From: Sphagnum compactum
Taxonomy: Eukaryota
Direction: 5' to 3'
Assembly (NCBI GenBank): GCA_965153455.1
Contig: OZ234493.1
Span: 15,862,213 to 15,926,212 of the forward strand
Length of the DNA stretch: 64,000 nucleotides
Position numbers and translations under genes: made by a program. The notes under the pieces are model-generated. The model worked only from the letters and a program-made list of their open reading frames with translations. It ran no database searches and was not told the origin of the DNA. Below, piece after piece: positions 36,910 to 48,278 of this stretch; position 1 is the first letter of the stretch, and each line of letters starts with the position of its first letter.

Positions 36910-37784
36910 TTTTTCCCCCTTATTTTTTAATGCTTAAATTATTGTGGCCATTTTCAAAACATTCTTTTTTGAAATGGTCAGCTCTTTTAATTGTTCATTG
37001 TAAATGGGGGCCAAGTTCATGGGCAAAAGAAATCTTATTTAGGGTTATCCACCATGGGTGGGTGGGCGAATGGGCTTGTTGGTTAGATTTCTTTTTTGTT
37101 TTGTTGAGGGGTGAGATGTCTCTTGCTCGTCCCTTTGCACTTATGCATCGTTGAACTTGTGCATCTTTTAATTCTTGATTCCTAACAACTTATGCATCCC
37201 ACAATACACACGGTTAGTTGAGAATCTTTTAGTTTTTTCTAAATTTGTTTCACTAACTAAACTAGACTTGGTAAAATGAGGTTAGGACTTAGTCTAAATG
37301 CAATCTTCATGTAAAAATCATTCCCATGACAACATTAAGTTGTTTTGAAATGATTTCAAAAGACAACACAAAGTGATGTTTCAAAACGACACAAAGATGT
37401 TGTCTTCAACGACCTTCAATTGTCCCAAAAGATTTTGCAAAGCAACTTTACATTATCTTCATATAACCTACCTTAAGTTCCTTTCGAAACAAAACTTTGA
37501 CTCTCCAAATCCACATTTTTGCAACCCCACGACCCAAACCCATAAGAGGAATTGGGGAGTTGAACCCCAACTCACCATGGCTTGGTCTCCCACATTACCA
37601 TGGTGCCTCACTATGGTGGTCTTGGCATGAAGCCCCAATACCTGTTGATAATGGTTGCCAACTTGTTTCATTTTTGCAAAAAGAGAAACCGTTTCATCTT
37701 TTAGCATAGGATGTTCGTTGAGTTCATGCATGTTTGATTTGGGATTTTTCATTAGTAAATTTTGTTTTGCCAACTTGTCTTATC

Positions 37785-37897
37785 AACTACACGTGTCACG
37801 TGCAACTAAAAAATAGTTGCATGCAACATTTTTTAGTTGCATACGACATGTGTAATTGCATAAGACAAGTCACATAAATTTATTTTTTTTCGTAGTG
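37785..37897 (-). mobile_element. CACTA-like terminus fragment
   Basis: Ends in TTTTTTTCGTAGTG (CACTACGAAAA on the minus strand), preceded by clustered GCAACTA/TAGTTGCA motifs. Confidence 0.5.
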
Positions 37898-39074
37898 TTT
37901 CTTTGTTGTCCCACATTCCGCAACTTGAATGTAATTTTTTTTCAACACCCTATCCTTTGTAAACCACTCCCACATTGTTCTACTAATCAGTCTTGCATAT
38001 GGACTAGGAACATTTGCTAATTTATAAGTAGTTTACAAAAATGTAAAAATAATTTTGTTATTTCCATACCTTTTCACTACTATTAAAATTGGTGGCCACA
38101 AATGTGGTTGGAACCAATTTTGATACCCCCTTATTCTTATTATGTTTTGATGGTCTCTTGCCTTCAATAGCCTCCTTTTTGACCTCTTGTTCAGTCAAAA
38201 GTCTCACATTTTATTGTTTTCTAGGTCTACCAATTGGTTGTTTTTCTTTTTGCACAATGGATGACTTTGCATGGTTACTAGCACTCTCTTTCATTTCTAC
38301 AAGCTCTTTTTTCATAATTTACATTCTTTCTTTCCTTGGAATTCTTTGAAATGAACTAGTGTTGAATATTTGTCTTTTATTGTCAATCATTTTGCACAAG
38401 TATTGAAGCAAAAATTTCAAGCAAAATATGTAAGCTAAAATAAGCTAGGGAAAAAAACAAGTGCAATGTGAGAGTGAGACTAAAACATTGCAAATGAATG
38501 TTAAAGTTCAAGGACAAGAAATTGTTGCAAGCATAACCAACCTTATCATTTTTTAAACATAACGTTATCATTTTTTAACCATATCCAACACTTAATTTTA
38601 TTAACATTTAATTTTTTCACATTTACTAGAGCCAAAAATCCCGAATTTTAAAAACTTTTATTGTCGAAATGAAAAAGTGAAAATAAATAAATATTCAACA
38701 ATAAATAGCCAAAATGACAAAGGTATTATGCAGTATGCACAAAATTGGTTACACTTTTCTAACAAATGGTAGGTTATGTCTAGTTATCTAGTCCATATCT
38801 CAAGATACATCAACAAGCCAAAAAGAGCTCAATATTTCCCATTACTCGATATTGGCCCCAAAATTTACTTGTCCCCCTTCTTAGTGTAAACACGAGTTGA
38901 GGGGGTGCCCCCCGTCGTAGTGTAAACGGGGCTTCAGGCAGGAGGAAGTGCGAATCGGAGCGTTCGTTAGGGGGCCACGCGCTATGATCAAAACTGCCTC
39001 TTTGGACGGCGTCGATTTGTCGGGGAAGACGAAGCAGACGACGAAGGAGCCTCACGAGATCAAATAGAGTTTCG

Positions 39075-39083
39075 TTAGGGTTT
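39075..39083 (-). promoter_or_regulatory. Telo-box (AAACCCTAA) near the probable TSS of the RBR gene
   Basis: TTAGGGTTT lies in the GC-richer, CpG-retaining region upstream of a donor-like GAAG|GTATGT (39195/39196) and a (CT)n tract. Confidence 0.4.
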
Positions 39084-39253
39084 CTTGCACAAGGGGTTTG
39101 CTCTCGATGCAGTCTGGCGATGATGCTCGGTGCTTGTTCCTCTCATGTTACGATATACATTGAAAGGATTGGCCTGAACGAGGTAGTACCTGAAGGTATG
39201 TTACGTGAAGGGATTCTTCCTGGTCTTTTTGGTGCTTTTTTGTGGCTTTTCCG

Positions 39254-39255
<2 letters not shown>

Positions 39256-39301
<46 letters not shown>
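39256..39301. repeat. (CT)n microsatellite in a probable 5' UTR intron
   Basis: About 23 CT units. Confidence 0.95.
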
Positions 39302-39303
<2 letters not shown>

Positions 39304-39846
39304 AATGGAGCATCAGACCGACGTGCAAGCTTTTCGTATGCAGCTGTAGCAGTGCGCTATTTTTATTTATTTTTGCATTGGATCTCTCTTTCGTGACGCA
39401 TCAAGGCCGCGGGACATCTGGAAAAGCTCGAGAGACATCCGAGAGGACTTGAGGAAGGAACTAGGGTTTTAGCTCCTGGTGCTCAATCGGTATGCTTTGT
39501 GTGTGCGCATGTGCTCTTGTGTGTGTGTTTGTTTGCCATTCTCCAGTCTTGGGGCTTTTCTTTTCGTGGCTCCCTTGTATTACATAGGACTGAAAGCAGC
39601 GACAGCTTAGAAGATCTGGAAGGCTGGAAGCGAAGTTAGGAGTGCTTTTTCCTTTTTTTCGGGTTCTCGAATTCCTCACTTGGGGCATCGCTTTGGTGTT
39701 CCCATAATGAAAATGCATCATCTCCGGTCGAAGGGCTTGATCATTGGTTCTCCGTTGCAAGAATTTGCCATACAGCAGCTCTCGGGAAGACAGCAAAGGG
39801 AATAATTTTGGTCGGTTTTGTGGCTGTTGGTTGGCAGGAATCAGCG

Positions 39847-42800
39847 ATGGTAAGGAAAGGAGAAGGTCATAGGCATGGAAGGTCGAGAGCTCTGGTTTGG
39901 AAGGCTCAGCCAACAGATGAAGGGAAAGTGCCTGCTCATGCAGGTAACGTTTTTGCAGGTAATTTAGCACCGTACTGAATTGAATTCAGGGAGTTTCTCA
40001 AAGATATGGCCTACCGTTTCACCACATGATGTCTCTTGTAGTGCAGGTGGGCAGTGATTGTTTAGACAGTTGTTTAGAAAAACTTTTGTACACAGTTGTC
40101 ACACCTCCAAAGGTCTGATGTGGTGTGTACCAGTCATGAGGTTTCTGTGGCCTAGACAGAGATCTTGCTTGGTCATTGTTTAGTGTTTTGCTCATTAGTG
40201 TTTCAAAAGCATAAGGCCTCAGCTAAGAACTGTTTTGTTGCACTTCCATTGTAGTCTATGACATCATCACAGAAGTTTTGCACACAATTGTCACACCTCC
40301 AAAGTTTTGATGTGTTATGTCCAGTCATGAGGTTTCTGTGGCCTAGACAGAGATCTTGCTTGGTCATTGTTTAGAGGTTTGCTCATTAGGGTTTCAAGTG
40401 TATAAGACCTCAGCTAGGAACTGTTTTGTTGCACTTCCATTGTAGTATATGACTTCATCACAGAAGTTTTGTACACAATTGTCACACCTCCAAAGTTTTG
40501 ATGTGCTACATCCAGTTGTGAGGTTTCTGTGCTCTAGACAGAGATCTTGCTTGATCATTGTTTAGAGTTTTACTCATTAAGGTTTCAAGAGCATAAAAAC
40601 TCAGCTAGGAATTGTTTTCTTTTGCTTCAATCTTAGTCTATGACTTCATGAAAGAAGTTTCGTCCACAGTTGTCACCCCTCCAAAGGTTTGATGTGGTCC
40701 CAGCCATGAGGTTTCTGTAGCCTAGGCAGAGATCTTTTCGTCAAGAATGGGCTTGTGAACCTCAGCTGTGCTCTGACTTTGAACTCCATGGAAATGAAGT
40801 AGCTCCACTTCAGTAGGGGGCAATGATTGTGGCAAAGTAATGGTGGTTGTGCAGGTGAAAAGTTTAGTGTTGTAGGCAGGAGCTGCACTGGATTGTCAAG
40901 TGACCAGTCCCCACAGCCTGTGCTGAAGGTTCCATCTCCAGCTGCTGTTATTGCAAAGGAATCTGAACCCCTCTCAGCTCAAGCAACATGCCATGAGTTT
41001 GTTCAAGATGGGATTGTAGCTCCAAAAGATTTGTCTCCAAATAAAAAAGCTTTTGCAAACTCAAGCACAGGCGATGGAAGCAAATTGATGGAAGGCAGAG
41101 CCATTGCACATTCAAAGGCGATGAATGAAACAGAGGAGGTAATGGGCTGTGAAAAACTAGTGAGATTAGCTATTGCTGCTGGGGAGCAGCAGGGACTGTC
41201 AGAAACTGACTTGGAACAGAATGCACAACAGCAAAAAGATGAGGTATTTTCTTGTTTTCAGCTCTCTCTTGTTGTCAAAGTCTCTGTCCTGTGTTGATTT
41301 TTCTTCCTTTGATCATATTTTTCTCTAACTGAATGTATGTCCTATGTGTTCCAGGTACTAGCTTTGCAGTCAATCTTTGAAACAGACTTCATTCCAGTTG
41401 ATGAAGTTGAAGGCAGGCCCTCTGCTTTCATGGTAAGATCCCTTAGCACCCACATCAGGTCTATGGATAAGCTAAGATCATGGTAGTGGCTTTTTGGTGT
41501 TGATATAGTCTAAGTGCTTTGAAAGGTTCCTTCACCAAAATTCAGGTCTGTTCACTGGAGATGCAGTATTAATGTTAAAAACAAAGTTCCTCAGTTAACC
41601 CTAGTTTTTCTGTAGCAGGTCATGTTATTGCTAGGTTTTCACATTATATGGTCTTGGCTTGGTGGACAGAATGTACTTCAGCTGACTAAATCTATGCCAG
41701 TTGTCTCATTAGTTTTTTAAAAATCTTTCTACCAGCATCTGAGACTCTCCATTTCAGGACTAACTTATTTCCAGTTGAAGTAGTTGGAAGCCCAACAGGG
41801 ATTGTGCTGATCTGTAGTTTTCTGGTGCAGATCAATGTCCATGTTGAATTACCATCGAGTTTTTCAGTTGTGGCAGATGCACCCAGTTGTTCTGAACTGC
41901 AAGATAATAGCAGTGACACCTCCACAAGTGGAAGCTTTTCTTTCACCATCCAACACCTGCCCCCAATCTGCTTGTTATGTGTATTGCCTGCCACTTACCC
42001 CTCTCGCTCACCCCCTCTCTTCACCCTTTCATGTTTATGGCTCAGCCCCTTGAAGCTTTCCAGTCTCTGTGCCTCCCTTGACAAAATCGCAGTTGATTAT
42101 TCTCCTGAGGTGGTAGTCTATACTTGGGCTGACTGGTTACGGACAGATTCTCTTTCTCATCTTGGTGTACGTGAAAAACTGGAATTGGGCCCCTACCATG
42201 AGGGAGGAAGGGAAAAGAATATCAATGATTATGCCGATGAACGAGCCCTGTCTTCATCAACATCATTTGATGTTGACATTGCCCGAGTTCTTCGGCATAA
42301 TGAGGAGAGGCAGAATAAGGAGTTCTTGAGATCTTTGCATGAGTGCATTATTTGCTTGACTGAGCACCCTGGTAACTATTTTCACCATCCTGCATTGTGG
42401 TAATAGGGAGATATGGCAGCTTTTGCACTGCATCTAAAACTGGATTGGTAGACTAGAGTGTCTTTTACTGGTTGCAGGATGTAATGTCTGGGGAAGAGAT
42501 GTTAGTCTAAACAGGGTTTTTAGAGGACCTTTTGAGGTGGTGCATGTTGCCTTGTCAGAAGCCAATTTTTTGGGGTTCATGCTTAAGTGGTATGCTATGG
42601 TTGGCAATGCCTTCAACAGGAAAAGACTTTGCCAGGATGCCCTGTCAGCATATGTTCTGCTGGGCTTGTATGCAGCAGTTTTCAGATATGCAGGTGAAAG
42701 AGGGTACTGTTATCAACCTCACCTGCCCAGATACCAGTTGCAGGTATGTCTCACTTTTCAAAATGTCAGCTGGAGGAATTTGTCCCTGCCTTGTGTTCTA

Positions 42801-45601
42801 CCATTCATGTCTTGATGTGTCTTACATGTTTAAACCTCCTGTGAATGAATTTAGCAAAGTTGATCTTGTGGTCCATCAGTACCAAGCATTTTTTGTTTAT
42901 GTTGCAACTCATCATGTAGGCACCAGAGGCAATCTTAGTCTGTTTGGTGAGTTGAATATCTGATGTATGTTGTTGGCTTTATGAACTGTTGAACTACTAT
43001 GAGGTTTGTTACTTGATGTATATTATATTTTTGGGTGGCAGAGAACCAATTCCTCCTGGTCTTTTGAAGGACCTTCTGGGACCAGAGGCCTTCCAACGCT
43101 GGGAGGATTTGACATTGCAGAAGACCCTGGATTCTATGACAGATATTGTTTACTGCCCACGCTGCGAGAATGTGGGCATTGAAGATCAGGACCACCATGT
43201 ACAGTGCAGTAACTGTTTTTTCAGCTTCTGCAGTCTATGCTTTTCCTCATGGCATGTTGGTGCAATTTGTATGACTCCGGAAGCTCGTCTTCGTATTCTC
43301 CAGGTTTGAACCAGAATCATTTTTTTTCTTGATGTTTTTGCTTGAGAAGTCAATGGGGATGTTGTGATAGGTGGTCAATCTCATACATGTTGCTGTTGAA
43401 GGTCCCTGAAAATGCATATGACCAATGATGTCATTCAAACTGCTCCTCATTTGTTTCGTGGTCTGGTTTTCTCTTTTCTTTATGGTTGGGGATCCTTTTT
43501 TCTCTTTTCTTCCATGCCTGCTGTTTCGTTGCTGTTATGTTGTCATATCTGAAATATTCGTAACCTTTAGTATATATTGGGCATTTTCTCCTTTCTTTGC
43601 ACATTGTCTTAAATCATAACTGTTGAGAAATTCTCGGTACTTGTGAAGATATTGGTCTTCATTCATCTTCTTCCTTTTGTCTACTATTTTCTGTTCTTTG
43701 TTCCTTATGTGCCTCCTAGTTTGCTTTTTCGTTTTTTACCTCTGTGTTTCCCCTTCTTTGGTGTAGGGTACTAGCCAGTATCATGATCGAGTCTTCATGT
43801 TGTTGCTTCTGGACTTGCAATAGAAACAGTATGCAGGCTAATGGTTACACTGGCGTGGCCTACGATAGGGAGCTGATGAAGTCAGTGGGTCAGTTCTGAT
43901 AGAAAACTCACCATCATGTGTCACTGTTGATGGTCACTGAAGCATAGAGAGACAGTCACTGCTGTTTGTATTGCCGGTTTATAGTTCATGTTGTTAGTTC
44001 TTTCCTTCTGTGTATTTATTTCTTCCGTGTTCCTTAGTCCTCATCTGGAGTTTTTCTGGAGGAAATGTCTTCTGGTTCTGGTTACCTTTAATCATGCGCA
44101 TGGAACTTTGTTGATACTCATGAGTTACTGTACTTGTGAAGATATTATATGTTTCTTGACATCCTTGCTTAAGAAGCATCCTATTACTCCTGCTACCAGT
44201 AAAAAAACTGTATAAGAGTCAAAACTGTTGCACTTATCATTAAGGTTCAGCTGTGGACTGAGAATTCCCTTAGCCTGTCATCTGATGGCTTTGTGAGACA
44301 TATGGTGGTGTAATGTAGTGCTGTTTCTGTTTGGAAGCCTTTGAGAGATTTCAGTATCTGAAGATAAGTTTATGAAATTTCCAGAGCCGGCAAAAAGGGC
44401 GGGTTTTAGGGGAGGAACAAAGCAGGAAAGAAAAGGACCTTATCAATCAGGTTCTCAACATGAAGTACATAGGTACAGAAGCAAAGCAGTGTCCCACATG
44501 CAAAATGGCCGTGACCAAGTCTGAGGGCTGCAACAAGATGACCTGTAGCAACTGTGGAAATTACTTTTGTTTCAAATGCGGCCATTCTATTTCTGGCTAT
44601 GAACATTTCAGGTGTGTATGCAGTATGTGTATATTTCAGGGGGGTGCTCAGTTGGAGTATTATTAGCTTGATCTCTTAGGGCATGGTTTCAATGCTCAGA
44701 TCATGAAATCAAGGACTAGGTGTGTGCCTTCTGGAGTGACTCTGGATCAACAATCAAAGGAAAATGTTGAGGGATGAGATAAGCCATGCCGTTTCATCTT
44801 TAGTGGTAGCTTGCTTGTATAGGTTGTAGCACTCTTGGAAGCATTCAATCTTCAGTTTCTTTTTTGTGTCCAGGGATGGATCATGTGTTCTGTTTAACCA
44901 AGAAGAGATCGATCAGTGGGAACAGAGGTTGAACTTACAGTTACCACAGCAGCGTCAGCCACAAGCTTTCAATCAGGCTGGTGGGCAGCTTGGTGGTGTG
45001 GCTGGTTATCGGCCCTGCCCAAACTGCAGACAGCCAAACTTTAAGGTGAGACCTAAATCTTTTTAAAGAAAAATGGGTTGTGTTCTAGGTATTCAAGTTC
45101 AGTTATAGCATGTGCCTCTTTTGAAGGATATCAATGTTTGAACTTATGCTGAGTCTTACCTTAGAAGTAGCACGATGGATGTGTCCCAGGTTCCTCTGAG
45201 TGGCTTGAGAGCAATCTCATGCTTCTAAGTATCTGCATGTAAAAAGAAATTTCCTGTGATTAAATGATATTTTGGATGGTATTGGTGTGCATGGTGGGTG
45301 TAACACTCCCTGCCACAATTTCCATGACCATGATCACTGGACCATTGCTTCTAACTTATGGGATGAAGCATTGGAGTATGGAATATCTGTATTCTCTGTC
45401 TGGAACTCATGCTCTTGTACTGAACAGGAAAGACTCACTGGGAATTATGGGTGATATTGATGTGATGGGCAGGAAGGAAACAACAACCACATTCTCTGTT
45501 GGGCTTGTCAGAATCATTACTGTGCTCTTTGTCATACAATGGTTCGACGAAGTTCTGATCACTATGGCCCCAATAAATGCAGACAACATACTCCTGATTG
45601 A
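39847..45601 (+). CDS. RNF14: RWD-domain RBR (RING-IBR-RING) E3 ubiquitin ligase, RNF14/ARA54-like, about 672 aa, 9 coding exons
   Basis: Exons 39847-39943, 40855-41243, 41355-41432, 41831-42371, 42620-42743, 43042-43303, 44385-44611, 44874-45045 and 45473-45601 are GT-AG and total 2019 nt. [33 protein letters not shown]1: CIIC...[10 protein letters not shown]...CPDTSC. IBR: YCPRC...[18 protein letters not shown]2: CPTC...[21 protein letters not shown]. The first exon is less certain. Confidence 0.9.
40087..40737. repeat. 191-192 bp tandem repeat (about 3.4 copies) filling most of the first coding-region intron of the RBR gene
   Basis: The unit TGTACACA(G/A)TTGTCACACCTCCAAAG...CCTAGACAGAGATCTT starts at 40087, 40279, 40470 and 40661. 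Confidence 0.95.
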
Positions 45602-47259
45602 AACCCAGGGAGGGGGTTTATTGGTTTTCAATCATTTGAAGTCTCTGAAGCAAAAAGCTAGTGTGGGACAAATTCAGGAGTGGAAACAGAATGCATATCT
45701 TGGATTCCAAGTTTCTCCCATGTCACAATTAATAAATTTGAAAATGTGGCTTATCGCTTTGCTATTTCAAAGGTACTATTGCAGAGAGTCCACATTGGAT
45801 TTCTTAAGGATTCTGCTGGGCTCCTGGGTTTCTGCCAGAAGTATGAAGGGTACTGCCCCTGCAGGCTGTAAATGGCTACTGTTGCTATCTGAACATAGAA
45901 AGAGGATATAGTGATGTCTAAAAAGGTCAGTACAAAGAAGGATTGGTTTCAATTGGTCGGTGACAATGATTGGCGCACATGGTGACGTTTAAATAGTGTC
46001 ACTTTTTAGTGTGCAATTTTTCGTGTTTATGGTTGTGGACAAGGAAAATAATTAACCCTCTGTTGGATGTGGTAAACACCAGAAGAGGCTCAAATAATGG
46101 GTGTGGATGGATATGCTCCAACACATTTGGAATTCAAACATTGTTTTGAGATTTCAAGGTTGTACGGAGAGTTTAATATATCAATGAACATACTTCAGAT
46201 ATTTTGCATTTTCAAGTTGGTATAAGAGAGCTGAGCTATGAGTTAGCATTACATTAGCAAAAGTTAGAATTAAGCTTTCAATCTAATTTAGCTCCATTTT
46301 GGGTGCCATGGATTGATCTTTAAATGTGGTACTAATCTTAATGCCAATACAAGAAAAACATGAAATGATAATTTTTTCTCAAGTTGTTTTGAATGTATTT
46401 GACTTAATGTGAAGTTTTCAACTATGTTTGCCATCACAACTTCTCTTAACAAAAGACTAAGTTTACCATCACAACTTCTCTTAACGAAAGATGTGGTGCA
46501 TTAGCTAACAACCAATCTTTTGGGTGGAAGGAGTCATTTTCAATTCTAATGGAAGCCTTTCTTTTGTTATGTTTTCAACAATTATCTTTTTCAGATGTTG
46601 ACTTGTGAAATCCTTTAAAAGTTTTGGAAAGTTTGACAATGGATGAAAAGGGAGCCAGTTGAGAAAGTTGGACAAATGATGAAATTAAGAAAGTTGAACT
46701 AAAGCTTGTTGGAGAATAAGCCTCATTCAATATCCCATTCTCTTAAGGGAATTTTAAGTAATTACAGCATGTGCCCTTACTAGTGAAGTGAGGGAACTTC
46801 TTTAAATGCCTCCCAAGGGAATTGGGCCAAGTTCTTGAAATTTTCATCCATTTTGCAACCTTCCACAAAATCAAAGCATTTTACACAAACAAAATGTTGG
46901 TGAGGATAAATAATATGATTTTCATCTTTAAACTTAGCCTTAAACTTATGGAATCATGCATTTCACAATGAATATATATTTTTTCAGATGTCTCTAAAGT
47001 TTGATTAGAAAATCAAATATGGATAAAAACAATTGAATATTGTTTTGATGTTGGGCACCACTTGCACACATAACAAAATAAATGAACAAGTTTTGTGTTT
47101 TTTTTTAAAACTTCATAATGAATAAATGATTTGATTCATTTGATTTTTCAAAGGTTTGAATGGGTCCCCCCTATTTTCCCCAAATTCATTCTATAGCCTT
47201 AGATGTTTTAATTATAGTTTTTAAATTCACAAGTTCTTTATGAAACTATGTAATAATTT

Positions 47260-48278
47260 TGTTGTGACCTTAGGGCTCATGACCAAAAGCTGAGGCAAGG
47301 CAAAATGAAACATGCCAAGAATAAATTAAGGCAACAAATAAGCTTAGATACATTGGGGGAATGAAAAATGATGCACCTCTAAGTTTTTCACAAGGCTTGG
47401 CTGATGAACCCCTAAATGTCATCAATAAAAATAAAATAGAATGTGGAAAAATTTGGGGGCATGTTCCCTAGTTATGTGCGTTGGAAAAAGAGAGATGTGT
47501 AAAGAGCTCAAGGATGAGGACTAGGATGAATGACAAGTTCACAAACACTTCACAAATAAATCACTTGTACAAGCCAAACAATGTAGGTGATTAATGGAAC
47601 TTGAATCAACTTTGGGTCATAAATTTGCTTTAGATTCATTACCTCACACAACTTATAATTGGGAAGAAGTCATCATCTTCTTGCCTATAGTACACTTTGG
47701 ACCTCGTCATGGGGTTTATATTGAAATAATTAAAATAGTTAGGATTCTCAAGTGGTAGTTCTAAAATTTCGAAATTATAAACCTTGCAACCTTATGGGTT
47801 CATAATTTTCTTGCATGAACTACAGTTGAAGAGCTTTCAATTACAAAGTTGTAACCTTCAATGAGAATTTTCAAACAATGTGACATGTTTTCATTGGAGG
47901 TCATTTGATCCTTAATTTTCAAATTTTAATAATCAAAAATCAAACTATTAATTTGACTCTTGACCTTTCTTTTGCCCATAATTCTTAGCTCACAACTTCA
48001 AATTTGAAGAACGTGAATTCATTTTTGAAAGTTATGTTTTGAAATTTTTTGAACAATATAATTTTTTTAAAACTTAGGCAAGATTTACCTCTACACTTAT
48101 ATCGCAAAGATTCAAAACATTCTAGGACTCCCAACTCACAAATTGGAAACTCATCCCAAGAATGCTTCCTTTTCACTCCTCTAATGTGTTCATGCTTCTT
48201 TGTTGCCTTTGTTTTTATCATGTTTCTTCTTTGTTTTTCCCTAGCTTTGGTTGTGAACCCAAGGTTAAAGTCATGACA
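47260..48278. mobile_element. About 1.0 kb TG...CA element with about 35 bp inverted ends (solo-LTR-like or MITE)
   Basis: Left end TGTTGTGACCTTAGGGCTCATGACCAAAAGCTGAGG resembles the reverse complement of the right end, TGTCATGACTTTAACCTTGGGTTCACAACCAAAGCTAGG. No TSD recovered. Confidence 0.55.

Noticed and set aside
37251..37897. Complete small CACTA element with TTT TSD
   Set aside because: Only the 5-bp CACTA matches at the left end, and TTT is uninformative in AT-rich DNA.
39461..39970. 169-aa minus-strand ORF
   Set aside because: It is antisense to the RBR leader and first exon and includes microsatellite-derived sequence.
45264..45911. 215-aa + strand ORF
   Set aside because: It spans intron, the last RBR exon in a different frame and the 3' UTR, and has no recognisable motif.
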